Positions 20,196 to 30,042 of a stretch of 64,000 nucleotides of DNA are shown piece by piece. The position numbers and the translations under genes were made by a program. The notes under the pieces were generated by a model that had not been told where the DNA came from, made no database searches, and worked only from the letters and a program-made list of their open reading frames with translations. Each line of letters starts with the position of its first letter. The stretch's first letter is position 1. Source of the stretch: an uncultured Verrucomicrobiae bacterium (GTDB lineage Bacteria > Verrucomicrobiota > Verrucomicrobiia > Limisphaerales > Palsa-1400); NCBI GenBank assembly GCA_963702845.1, contig OY969763.1, forward strand, positions 2,944,001-3,008,000, in the 5' to 3' direction.

Positions 20196-20649
20196 CTGGC
20201 TTATCCTCCAAATTTTTGACTTCACGAACGAACTCCGTCGCTTCTTCGAAACGACGATAAACACTGGCAAAACGGACGTAGGCAACCTTATCGATGTCAC
20301 GCAAGGCCTCCATCACACGCTCGCCAACGGCCATTCCGGGAACCTCGCGATCGTATTTGTCGCTCAATTCATCGGCAATTTTGTCAGCCAATTCTTCGAT
20401 AACCTTGGGGCTAATCGGCCGTTTTTGACAGGCTTTGCGCAAACCGGAGAGCAACTTATCGCGGGAAAATTCTTCACGACGGCCATCCCGCTTAATCACC
20501 ATAAGCCCTTCGCGCTCAATCTCTTCGTAAGTGGTAAACCGATGTGCGCAGGCGAGACATTCACGACGACGCCGAATGGTCGAGCCTTCACGCGAAGCGC
20601 GTGAGTCAATCACTTTATCATCCTGGTTCCCGCACTTTGGACATCGCAT
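20179..20649 (-). CDS. nrdR: Transcriptional repressor NrdR
   Basis: MRCPKC...VIDSR...IRRRREC..C..RFTTYE; ATP cone VIKRDGRREEF; VAYVRFASVY. Confidence 0.97.
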   Translation of the reverse strand: MRCPKCGNQDDKVIDSRASREGSTIRRRRECLACAHRFTTYEEIEREGLMVIKRDGRREEFSRDKLLSGLRKACQKRPISPKVIEELADKIADELSDKYDREVPGMAVGERVMEALRDIDKVAYVRFASVYRRFEEATEFVREVKNLEDKPDAPQT

Positions 20650-20669
20650 AGCTGTGAAACCTTCCTTTA

Positions 20670-20716
20670 ACACCACCCAATGTGGCTAAGCGACTTCTAA
20701 CAACAAAGGGTTGTGG
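20670..20716. promoter_or_regulatory. Two putative NrdR boxes
   Basis: ACACCACCCAATGTGG and CAACAAAGGGTTGTGG, 16-mers offset by 31 bp, upstream of nrdR. Confidence 0.55.
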
Positions 20717-20867
20717 CGTCAACGGAGGAACAGATAATTTTTTGGCGAAATCGCGTTTTGACCACGATTCCCGGTCGAACCGCTCAAAAATGCTCGGTTC
20801 AAAACCTAAATTCGCCTTTACACCATTTAGAATCTGGCCGTTCTATTGAACCTGCTAATAGAGGTTT

Positions 20868-21858
20868 GTGATGCTAATGTTACAACAACACTCATCGCTT
20901 TTCCATTTTGACTACTGCAGTGGCAATCGTCGCTTGCCTGCTCTCGCCGACACAAAAGTCGATTTCGCCAAGCAAATTCAGCCGATTTTCGAAAAGTCGT
21001 GCGTTAAATGTCACGGCCCCGAAAAACAAAAAGGCGGCCTGCGTCTCGATCGAAAAAGCAGCCGCGCTAAAAGGCGGCAAAGATGCAGTCGCAATCGTTC
21101 CCGGTGACACCGCCAAAAGTGACTTTATCGCCGCATTACCCTTCCCGATGGCAGCGACGATGTGATGCCAAACCAAGGCACTTTACTTGAGCAAAGCCGA
21201 AACCGACTTGATCCGCGACTGGATCAATCAAGGCGCGACCTGGCCTGACACCGCTGTCACCAAGACCGACAAACCCGTGTCTGCTGAAGCCCACCAAACT
21301 GCCGGATATAAAATCCTCTCCCGAGCGAACTGAAAGCCATTGCGAAACTGGACACCATGGGAATTTCCGTTCGACCAATCGCGCAAAGTTGCAATTGGCA
21401 CGAAGCGAATTTGCGCGGTTACACCAATTCCGCCGATGGAGCGCTCACCCAATTAAAAGATGTCACCACGCTGATGGAATTGAATTTGTCCGGCACGAAA
21501 TTCTCCGATGCATCGGCCGCGAACCTCAAATCGCTGGTAAGCCTTACCCACTTACATCTGGAACACACTTCAATTACTGACGGCGGCTTGGCAAATGTCA
21601 AAGAAATGGCTCATTTGACATATTTGAACCTTTTCGACACTGCGATCACCGATGCTGGACTTGAACACCTCGCCGGCTCTGACCAATTTGCAAAACCTGC
21701 ACTTCTGGGAAGCCAAAGTGACCGACGCCGGAGTGGCGAAACTTCAAAAGGCGTTGCCCAAGTGCAGCATCATCCGGGGTGTGGAACTGCGCCGGATCGC
21801 TAAGACCGACACGAAGGCCGACGATGCAAAAGCAAAGACGACAAAAAGCCGCCGCTAA
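20868..21858 (+). pseudogene. Planctomycete-type cytochrome c plus leucine-rich-repeat protein, several frameshifts
   Basis: VDFAKQIQPIFEKSCVKCHGPEKQKGGLRLD; LRR units LNLSGTKFSD, LHLEHTSITD, LNLFDTAITD spread over several frames. Confidence 0.75.
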
Positions 21859-22587
21859 GAAAAAGAAGAAGAAGAAATCTTAGTATCGGCGAAATCACCG
21901 GCGCGAAAAGTACGGAAATTAATTTGCGCTGGTCCGTCACGGGGGGGTTCGTCGCGGCAAATTCTGGAAGTTTGTGGTGTAGAATATATTCGTGTTGAGC
22001 GTAATCGTTCCGCCACCCCCCGAATAGGAAAGCAGATTGGCATATCCATTCGATACCCCTCCATTGATAAACGCACTGATTTTTTTCGTGCGCGTTAATG
22101 TGCCTTCCGCGAAACCGCCGTTGTTCGAAAACAATAGATTGCTGCTCGTGAATGACACCCCACGCAGGCCAGTTTCAACATAGCTGTTGGTGAACGACGT
22201 CTTTGTATTGAAGAGTTGATCGACAACAAACAGACCTGTTTCCCAGGTAAATGCATCCGTTACGTCCAATTCGTTGGTTTTACCCGGCACGCGAATGACT
22301 ACGTTTGTCGCGCTGCCGTCCAACGGCGTTTTGTAGAACAAACGGCCGCTGCGAAAATAATTCGTAAAATTCGTATTATCGCGATGATCAAGCGCCAGCG
22401 ATTTCACAATATTATCGCTGGTGATGCGCACAATCGCGGAACGATCGCGGTCCATGACACCGGTGTTAGTCGAGATACCTTGGTACCAGCCGGTCACTGA
22501 AAAATCCAAAACCTGTTCGATGCTGGCAGCCGATGCCGCCAAGCCACACACCACAAGGGCGCTAGTAACAACGTGAATAACCTTCAT
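21855..22587 (-). CDS. Hypothetical secreted protein (ORF ends at 21937; probably extends to 21855 via an indel)
   Basis: Signal peptide MKVIHVVTSALVVCGLAASAA; beta-rich, T/N-rich. Confidence 0.6.
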
Positions 22588-22702
22588 TAAGAAAAATTCG
22601 CCCGCGATTATCGCAAGCCCATTGACTGTGGCAGTTTGCGGCGCGCAATCAAATCTTTTTTAGCCGTTGACAATTCAAATGCGTGTTTAAGATTAAATTT
22701 CA

Positions 22703-23352
22703 ATGGTTGCTCCTAATTCGGAATCTTCCCAAACGAAAACCCGACAGCAATTATTGGAAGCTGCCGGGCCGGTGTTTGCGGAACACGGGTATCGAGCGGC
22801 GACGGTTCGGGAAATTTGTTTGCGCGCGGGCGCCAATGTTGCCTCGATTCATTACCATTTTGGTGACAAGGAGAAGCTTTACCTGGAAGTCTTGCGCTAC
22901 GCTCAGTTACTGGATAACCAGACAAATCCCGGATTGGCGAAGGCCAACCGCAGTGTTTCGCCTGAAGAGCAACTAAAGGGCTTCATTCGTTCGTTCCTTG
23001 TCAAATTACTTTCTCCGGGGCCAGTGGCGTGGGATGGCAAACTTCTCGCACGCGAAATGGTTGAGCCATCGGTCGGCAATGGACGTCGTCGATCGACGAA
23101 CGCATTCGCCCGATGCACAAACACATGCGCGAGATTCTTCGCGCTTTCCTCGGGCCTCAGGCAACGGAAGACGAACTTCGCGAATACGAATTCAGCATTG
23201 TCAGTCAATGCGTGTTCTATCATCACTGCAGAGAAGTGGTCTTGCGCCTGTATCCGCACTTCAAACCAAATGGACCAGAGATCGACAAATTAGCCGCACA
23301 CATCACTGCGTTTTCATTGGCCGGTTTACAAGCCAGAGCACAGCGCAAATGA
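22703..23352 (+). CDS. TetR/CerR-family regulator, frameshift near 23070-23110
   Basis: HTH LLEAAGPVFAEHGYRAATVREIC...IHYHFGDKEKLY; C-terminal SIVSQCVFY...FSLAGL in another frame. Confidence 0.85.
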
Positions 23353-24694
23353 AAGCTCTCCTGATTTGTGCCACTGCCGGCCTGACCCTCTGCGCTTCGG
23401 CGCAGACCAACGTTTCCACCAATTTGCTCAATCGGCCTCTCTCGCGCCATGACGCCGTCGAGATCGCCATGGGACAGAACAGCACGATCTTGCGCGGTCG
23501 CGCTGACCTGCGGGCGACGCATGGTGTCGAAATGCAATTGCGTTCCGCTGCCATGCCGCGCGTCGCCGTCACCGGGTTTTACAGCGGGCAAGATCCGTCT
23601 TTGGTGAACGAACCTTTCCCGGGAACTGCTACAACCACGTTCCCTTTGCCCAACCAAAACTGGCAAGCCGACGCGCGCGTGCAACAGCCTCTCTATAGCG
23701 GCGGCAAAATCACATCGTCGTTGCGCTCGGCAAAATTGACTCGTGAACAGGCCGTCCTCATTTTTCACGCCACCGTAAATGATGCTTTGCTCGCCACGCG
23801 CATCGCCTATGACGACGTCCTGCTCGCGCAACAGCAAACCGTCGTTCAGGAAGCCTCCGTCAAATTGCTTTCGAACGAACTTGAAGATGTCAGAAGAGGT
23901 ATCACGCCGGAACGGTGCCGCGCTTCAACGTCCTTCGCGCCGAAGTCGAACTCGCCAGTGCCCGCCCCCGCTTAATCACCGCCCGCAATCAGTATCGCAT
24001 CGCAAAAAATAATTTAGTGAACCTGCTCGGTTACAATTTGCCCATCGGCACACTCGAAGACATCCCGCTGCAACTTGTCGACACATTGCAAGCGCCAGCA
24101 GTCAACGTTGACCTCTCTAGCGCAATTGGCCGCGCTCTCGACCAGCGGTCCGAACTCGCGGCCTTACGCAAGACTGAGCGACTGCGCCGCGAAGATATCG
24201 TCAACGCTCAAGCGGGACATAAGCCAGCGATTCAAATCTACGGCGGATACCAATTCGACAGTCCAACATTCGTTGAGGATTTAAGCCATCAACTCAACGG
24301 CTGGGAAGCGGGCGTAAATGTTTCATGGTCACCATGGGATGGCGGTCTGACCCGGGGTAGAGTCATGGAAGCCGAAGCGAGGCACGACCGCGCTCAGGTG
24401 GACATCCATGACTCGCGACGCCAGATCGAACTTGAAGTGCGCACCGCCTATTCTCAATTCGTAAACGCGAAGGAAGTCTTGGAATCGCAGAAAAAAGTTC
24501 AGGAGCAAGCCGAGGAAGCCTTGCGCCTTGCCGGAGCGCGAATGCACGCCGGCACTGGCACGCAACTCGATGTATTAGACGCGCAGACAGCCCTCACTGA
24601 TGCACGCACCACCCAGGTCCAGGCTCTACACGATTATTCGGTCGCGCGTTCGCGCCTCCAGCGAGCGATCGGCGAGGACCTTCAGAAAGATTAA
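23349..24694 (+). CDS. TolC-family outer-membrane efflux protein, frameshift near 23900
   Basis: QPLYSGG, AYDDVLLA, DVLDAQTAL, SWSPWDGG repeats. Confidence 0.88.
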
Positions 24695-24750
24695 CGCTTC
24701 GCAGTTGTGCTTTGCCGAGTAACTATTAAATTCCACCCGCAGCGTAGAAC

Positions 24751-26076
24751 GTGAAGAAGCCATCTATAGTAATCATCTTTATAACCGTGCTGATCGATCT
24801 GGTCGGCTTCGGTCTCATTCTCCCACTCATTCCCGTTTACTCGAAGAACTTCGGGGCGAGCGGCCTAATGATTGGGGCCATCATCGCTTCCTATTCCCTG
24901 ATGCAGTTTATTTTCGCGCCTATTTGGGGCCGCGTATCGGATCGAATTGGACGCCGTCCGGTTCTCTTGGGCAGCACATTTTGCGCGACCATCTCATACG
25001 TGATCTTCGCATTCGGATCTTCACTGTCCAATCATTCACTGGCTTTATGGATACTCCTCCTGTCGCGCGCGTTTGCAGGAATTTGCGGAGCAAACATCAC
25101 GGTGGCACAAGCCTATATCGCTGATATCACCCCAGCGGAAAAACGTTCCGCACGGATGGGAATCATAGGAATGGCGTTTGGATTGGGCTTCATTTTGGGG
25201 CCTGTTCTTGGCGGCGCGGCCCTAAATCCTGAGGGTATCTGGAGCCCAGTCGCACGTTGGCTGCCCGACACTATCACACACTTTCTGAAACATTGGTCAG
25301 ATGCCTGGATTCATATGGTTGGCGAAAGTGCCCCGGGGTGGGTGGCTGCATTTCTCTGTGCAGTCAATTTCATCTGGGCCTTCATGCGTTTACCGGAAAG
25401 CTGGAAACCGAACATGGAAGAGCATGTTCCACAGCGACCTCATCTTGATCAATGGGTCCATACGTTGACTACTCCACGTTTGAATCTGCTGATTACCGTC
25501 TTTTTTCTCGCGACCTTCTGTTTTACATGCTTCGAAAGCACGATTGGATTGCTCGTGATGCGCAATTTTAACATCGACACAACCACAGGAGCGGGTCTTT
25601 CCAGAGTGTCGTGGTTGATTGCTTATTGCGGGTTAGTCGGAGCAGTCGTACAGGGAGGTGGAACTGGGCGGCTTGTTAAACGAATGGGCGAGCCAAAAGT
25701 CATCGCCATGAGTTTGTTCGTCGCTGCCATCGGTATCGGGGTTCTGCCATACATTTCGAATTCGTGGCCATTGCTCCTAATGGCACTAGCAATCTTTTCG
25801 ATTGGCTCAAGCCTCACGCGCCCGCCCGTTTTCGGAATGATTTCTCAACTTACTGCAGCACATGAACAAGGCACGAACATTGGTGTTGCCCAAGGAGTCG
25901 GCAGTCTCGCCCGTATTCTAGGTCCAATCTTCGCAACTACCTTGTTTGATAAACACGCAGCTATTCCTTACGTGACCTGCGGCGTGCTTTCATTTGTGAC
26001 TGGAATGCTCGCTGCCCGTTACCTCACGCACATTCCGAAACCTGCATCCGCCGAAACCGCGCGGGTTTCTACTTGA
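24751..26076 (+). CDS. MFS transporter (TetA/DHA1-like)
   Basis: GRVSDRIGRRPVLL motif A, AYIADIT, GFILGPVLGG motif C. Confidence 0.92.
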   Translation: MKKPSIVIIFITVLIDLVGFGLILPLIPVYSKNFGASGLMIGAIIASYSLMQFIFAPIWGRVSDRIGRRPVLLGSTFCATISYVIFAFGSSLSNHSLALWILLLSRAFAGICGANITVAQAYIADITPAEKRSARMGIIGMAFGLGFILGPVLGGAALNPEGIWSPVARWLPDTITHFLKHWSDAWIHMVGESAPGWVAAFLCAVNFIWAFMRLPESWKPNMEEHVPQRPHLDQWVHTLTTPRLNLLITVFFLATFCFTCFESTIGLLVMRNFNIDTTTGAGLSRVSWLIAYCGLVGAVVQGGGTGRLVKRMGEPKVIAMSLFVAAIGIGVLPYISNSWPLLLMALAIFSIGSSLTRPPVFGMISQLTAAHEQGTNIGVAQGVGSLARILGPIFATTLFDKHAAIPYVTCGVLSFVTGMLAARYLTHIPKPASAETARVST

Positions 26077-26112
26077 CCCTATTCGACGGGAACGCAAGCT
26101 GGCACTTCGCCT

Positions 26113-27426
26113 ATGCAACCGTTCTCCCGACGCCGGTTTCTCAACACATCCACTCTTGCGTTAGCCGCTGCTCCGATGCTCCTGCCTCGCATCACGCGCG
26201 GCGAAGATGTCGGTGCCAACGATAAAATCCGCCTTGGTGTCATCGGGTGCGGCGATCGTGGACAGTATGTTCTCAGTTATTTCCTAAAGAATCCCGAAGT
26301 CGATTGCGTCATCGCATGCGACGTCGACGATGCACGAAGCGCCAAAACCGCCGAGACGGTTGAGAAGACCCGCGGGAAACGTCCAGCGACCTGCCGCGAT
26401 TTTCGCCGCGTTCTCGACCGGAAAGACATCGACGCCGTTCTCGTCGCAACCCCGGACCATTGGCACGCGTTACCAACCGTTAATGCCTGCCAGGCCGGCA
26501 AAGACGTCTACGTCGAAAAGCCACTCGCAAAAACCATCGACGAAGGGCGTGCGATGCTCGAAGCCTCGCTTCGGCACAACCGTGTTGTGCAAATGGGCAC
26601 GCAATGGCGCAGCGGAACCCATTTCAAAGACGCGATCGATTTCATCCATTCCGGCAAGCTCGGCAAAGTCGGTCTTGTGCGCGGATGGGTATATCTCGAT
26701 TGGGTTGGTGGCGTCGGCAATCCGCCGGATAGCCAGCCACCCGCGACCGTCGATTACGATTTTTGGCTCGGCCCTGCTGCGAAACGTCCGTTCAACAAGA
26801 ACCGATTTCATTTCAACTTCCGCTGGTTCTGGGATTATGCGGGCGGGTTGATGACTGATTGGGGCGTTCACCTCATCAACGTCATGCTCTGGGCCATGGG
26901 TCCCGAGCACCCGAAGAGCGTCATGTCGAGCGGCGGAAAATTTGTCGTGGACGACAACACCGAAACGCCCGATACGCAGGTAACTGTTTACGAATTCCCG
27001 AGTTACATGCTGCTGTGGGAACATCGCGTCGGCAGTAACAACGGCCTCGAAGGTCAACGCTGGGGCATTCGTTTTACCGGCAGTGAAGGGACGTTGCTGA
27101 TCAGTGAGGCAGGCTGGGAGGTGACGCCGGAGAGGAAATCCAAAAACCTTAAGCCGATCAAATTCCCCGCCGGACCGGATGAAGTGCCGGCGCACGTGCG
27201 CAATTTTCTCGACTGCATGAAGTCACGCCAGCAACCGAACGAAAACCTCACCATCGGTCATCACGTCTCCTCCGTCGCGCATCTTGGTAATATTGCGTAT
27301 CGCACGAAACGCAAAATTTTCTGGGACGGTGAACGCGAACGGATCATCAACGACAAAGAAGCCGATCATCTCGTCGGGGTTCAGTATCGCAAGCCGTGGC
27401 ACCTGCCCTACTCGCGTCGCGCCTGA
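26113..27426 (+). CDS. Tat-exported Gfo/Idh/MocA oxidoreductase
   Basis: SRRRFL; GVIGCG; ATPDHWH; YVEKP; DWGVH. Confidence 0.93.
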   Translation: MQPFSRRRFLNTSTLALAAAPMLLPRITRGEDVGANDKIRLGVIGCGDRGQYVLSYFLKNPEVDCVIACDVDDARSAKTAETVEKTRGKRPATCRDFRRVLDRKDIDAVLVATPDHWHALPTVNACQAGKDVYVEKPLAKTIDEGRAMLEASLRHNRVVQMGTQWRSGTHFKDAIDFIHSGKLGKVGLVRGWVYLDWVGGVGNPPDSQPPATVDYDFWLGPAAKRPFNKNRFHFNFRWFWDYAGGLMTDWGVHLINVMLWAMGPEHPKSVMSSGGKFVVDDNTETPDTQVTVYEFPSYMLLWEHRVGSNNGLEGQRWGIRFTGSEGTLLISEAGWEVTPERKSKNLKPIKFPAGPDEVPAHVRNFLDCMKSRQQPNENLTIGHHVSSVAHLGNIAYRTKRKIFWDGERERIINDKEADHLVGVQYRKPWHLPYSRRA

Positions 27427-27427
27427 T

Positions 27428-28615
27428 TTACGGCGACGAAATCGCAATCATATCGACCGTTACTGTCCTGCCGGGCACACCGACGGATTTGACCATCGCT
27501 TTAGAAGCGGCGGGCGGGCGATCAGGTTTCAGATACTTCGGTCGCAGCACATTCAACTGATTGCTGGCGTCGGGCGTGCTGACGTAATACGTCGCTTTGA
27601 CGAGGTGATCGAAATCACTGCCAGACTTTTTTAGAATAGCACCGAGGTCTTTAAAGATGGTCGTGACTTGCTCGGCGCCAGTTGTGTCCTTTTCGCCGCC
27701 ATATAGCGCTGAGCAGTAGATGCGACCACCGCGATTGACACGTACAACGCGGGTGAAAACTTTGGAAGCTGCGAGGCCGGGAGGATTGAGGAAATCCAAA
27801 TCGCCGGGCGCGGCTTCAGATCGAGCGATGAGTTCAATTTCGATTGGCTGCGGATTGTTTGTCGTCCACTCGACGAAAACACATGGAGGAGTCACATCGG
27901 GCGAGAAGAAGTTTTCAATCTCGTGTTTAACTGATTGGATTCCAACCATCGGATTCAAAAAGCATTTCACCTGGACGACATCGCTCTTCGTCAGGCGCAA
28001 GAAATCCAAGGTGCTGGAGAGGCTTTCAAGAGTTGTGCGCGTCGACGCTCCGAGTGTGACATTCGTTTTCGCCTGGCCCGAGATATAAACGGCGCCGCCT
28101 GCGGGAAGGATGGCCATGTCGGCTTCTTGCATCGACTCGGAAAGGTATGGTGAGAACAGGCGTTTGACGGTGGGGCTCTCGCCTGCTGGATTTAAATCCG
28201 CGGCGACAGCGTCGATCGCCACGAGCGCGTCGGGATTTTGCAACGGTGTTACAACCAAACTGACGGCGGGCCTTTCGAATCGACTAAAAGGTTTGCGCAG
28301 GGCTTTCTCAACCTGGGGCAGGATCGATTCGTTTGCGATGTAGACGTTCAGCTTAACAACCTGCGCGCCGGGGGCAGCGCTCTTCAACGCGTCGAGGATG
28401 TTCTCAAGGACGCGCGCGGTTTGTTTCGTCGGATCACCTTTTCCGATCACTTCACCTTTGCGATCCACCGGCAGGAATTGCGCGGTGTGAATCAATGGCG
28501 CGGTCTCAACGACCACGGCCTGGGCCAAGCCAGTGATCGGGTCTTTGCCAATCGACTTGGTTTGACCCGAGACGAGAGAGACCGAAAGCAAAAGGAATGC
28601 GATGACGCGATTCAT
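27428..28615 (-). CDS. Secreted protein with three tandem RidA/YjgF-like domains
   Basis: Signal peptide; three repeats ending VAIDAVA, IEIELIA, VTVDMIA; VYISGQ. Confidence 0.8.
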   Translation of the reverse strand: MNRVIAFLLLSVSLVSGQTKSIGKDPITGLAQAVVVETAPLIHTAQFLPVDRKGEVIGKGDPTKQTARVLENILDALKSAAPGAQVVKLNVYIANESILPQVEKALRKPFSRFERPAVSLVVTPLQNPDALVAIDAVAADLNPAGESPTVKRLFSPYLSESMQEADMAILPAGGAVYISGQAKTNVTLGASTRTTLESLSSTLDFLRLTKSDVVQVKCFLNPMVGIQSVKHEIENFFSPDVTPPCVFVEWTTNNPQPIEIELIARSEAAPGDLDFLNPPGLAASKVFTRVVRVNRGGRIYCSALYGGEKDTTGAEQVTTIFKDLGAILKKSGSDFDHLVKATYYVSTPDASNQLNVLRPKYLKPDRPPAASKAMVKSVGVPGRTVTVDMIAISSP

Positions 28616-28628
28616 GCAAATCCATATT

Positions 28629-28713
28629 GTAGGAGACGAGGTGACGAGTCTCTAACTTTTTTCGGCGGCTGAGTGCTGCCGGCATATTAGAGACTCGTTA
28701 CCTCGTCCCCTAC
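28629..28713. repeat. GTAG-family REP doublet (inverted pair)
   Basis: GTAGGAGACGAGGTGACGAGTCTC ... GAGACTCGTTACCTCGTCCCCTAC. Confidence 0.8.
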
Positions 28714-28719
28714 ATAAGT

Positions 28720-30039
28720 TCAAACGACAGGCAGCGGCGTGAACTTTTTGCCCAGAATCGGCTCGCTCTTTGTCTTGAGCCAATTTTCGAGAACGGCAGC
28801 GTAAACGGTCCGGAAATCGGTCGTGAACTTCAGGTCGCCGTTGACGAGGTCCGCAGGCGCGAGGCTTGGATACTCGCCAAGGAGGCCGGATTTGATTTTA
28901 TTACCGATGACAAACATCGGAGCGGCAGCGCCGTGGTCAGTTCCATTGTTCGCATTCTCCACGACGCGCCGCCCGAATTCGCTAAAAGTCATCACCATCA
29001 CACGCTGGAAGTTCCCCTGCTCTTTCAGGTCTTCGACGAAGGCTTTCACTGAATCGCCGAGATCGCGCATCAACCGTTCGTGTGCATTAAGTTGGTTGGC
29101 GTGGGTGTCATATCCGCCTTGTGACACGTAGAAAATTCGTGTGGGCAATCCGCCGCCGATCAGTTGCGCGACGAGCTTGAGCGAATTGGCCAATTCCGAT
29201 TGTGGATATTTGCCGTGACTCTCCACCTTGCGGCTGATGGCCAGAATCTTATCGGAACTGATTTGGGCATCGAGCGCGGTGCGTTCGATGAAATCCAGAG
29301 GTGAACCGACGTGTTTGGTCGGACCATGGACTGCGCCGATACTGCCGCCATCCATGGCGTTTTCGAGACCATTCATCTCGCGGTAAGTGTGTTCTTCGGA
29401 ATCCATTTCGCCGCGCTTCGCGTGTTCGCTGCTGACGAAACGATAATTCTTGGGGCTATCGAGGCTGACGCCCTTGGGGTGCAGCGAAGAAAATGCCTGC
29501 GGCATTTGCCGGCCGATGTTGACGCCAACCGTCGGGTCCGCGCCTTTGCAGGCGTTGTCGAAGTACCGGCCAATCCAACCGTAAGGTTCGTTTTTATTCG
29601 AATCGCTGGCGGTCTGCCAAATTTCGGTGGAGCGAAAATGGGAGCGGTTCGGGTTTGGATAGCCGATGCCCTGGACGATGCCGAGACTGCCCGCGTCGTA
29701 GAGCTCTTTAAATCCGGTGAGGTTCGGGTGCAGACCGATTGTGTCGTCGATTTTGAGGACGGACTTTGCATCCAGACCAACGCGACGGCGGGCCTTCTTG
29801 TAATAGTCGTTGCTGTAGGGAACGACGGTGTTCAAGCCGTCATTGCCACCGGCCATCTGCAGGACAACGAGGATCGTGCCGTCTTTGCCGGTGACGATAT
29901 TGTTCGCGTCTTTCGCTTCGGCGTGCAACGACGCGAAGGTGTTGGCGAGAAAGGTCGGAATCGTCCAACCGACCGCGCCGCCGAGTGCGCTAGTGCGCAG
30001 GAAATCACGTCGTGTGCAAAGTTTCGCGTCAGTTTTCAT
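28720..30039 (-). CDS. DUF1501 family protein, Tat signal
   Basis: TRRDFL; GGNDGLNTVVPY; PNRSHFRS; GYDTH; SEFGRR...GTDHG. Confidence 0.93.
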   Translation of the reverse strand: MKTDAKLCTRRDFLRTSALGGAVGWTIPTFLANTFASLHAEAKDANNIVTGKDGTILVVLQMAGGNDGLNTVVPYSNDYYKKARRRVGLDAKSVLKIDDTIGLHPNLTGFKELYDAGSLGIVQGIGYPNPNRSHFRSTEIWQTASDSNKNEPYGWIGRYFDNACKGADPTVGVNIGRQMPQAFSSLHPKGVSLDSPKNYRFVSSEHAKRGEMDSEEHTYREMNGLENAMDGGSIGAVHGPTKHVGSPLDFIERTALDAQISSDKILAISRKVESHGKYPQSELANSLKLVAQLIGGGLPTRIFYVSQGGYDTHANQLNAHERLMRDLGDSVKAFVEDLKEQGNFQRVMVMTFSEFGRRVVENANNGTDHGAAAPMFVIGNKIKSGLLGEYPSLAPADLVNGDLKFTTDFRTVYAAVLENWLKTKSEPILGKKFTPLPVV

Positions 30040-30042
30040 AGG

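Noticed and set aside
22667..22693. TetR operator and promoter TTGACA...TTCAAATGCGTGTTTAA
   Set aside because: Plausible, but the dyad is imperfect and the -10 spacing is poor
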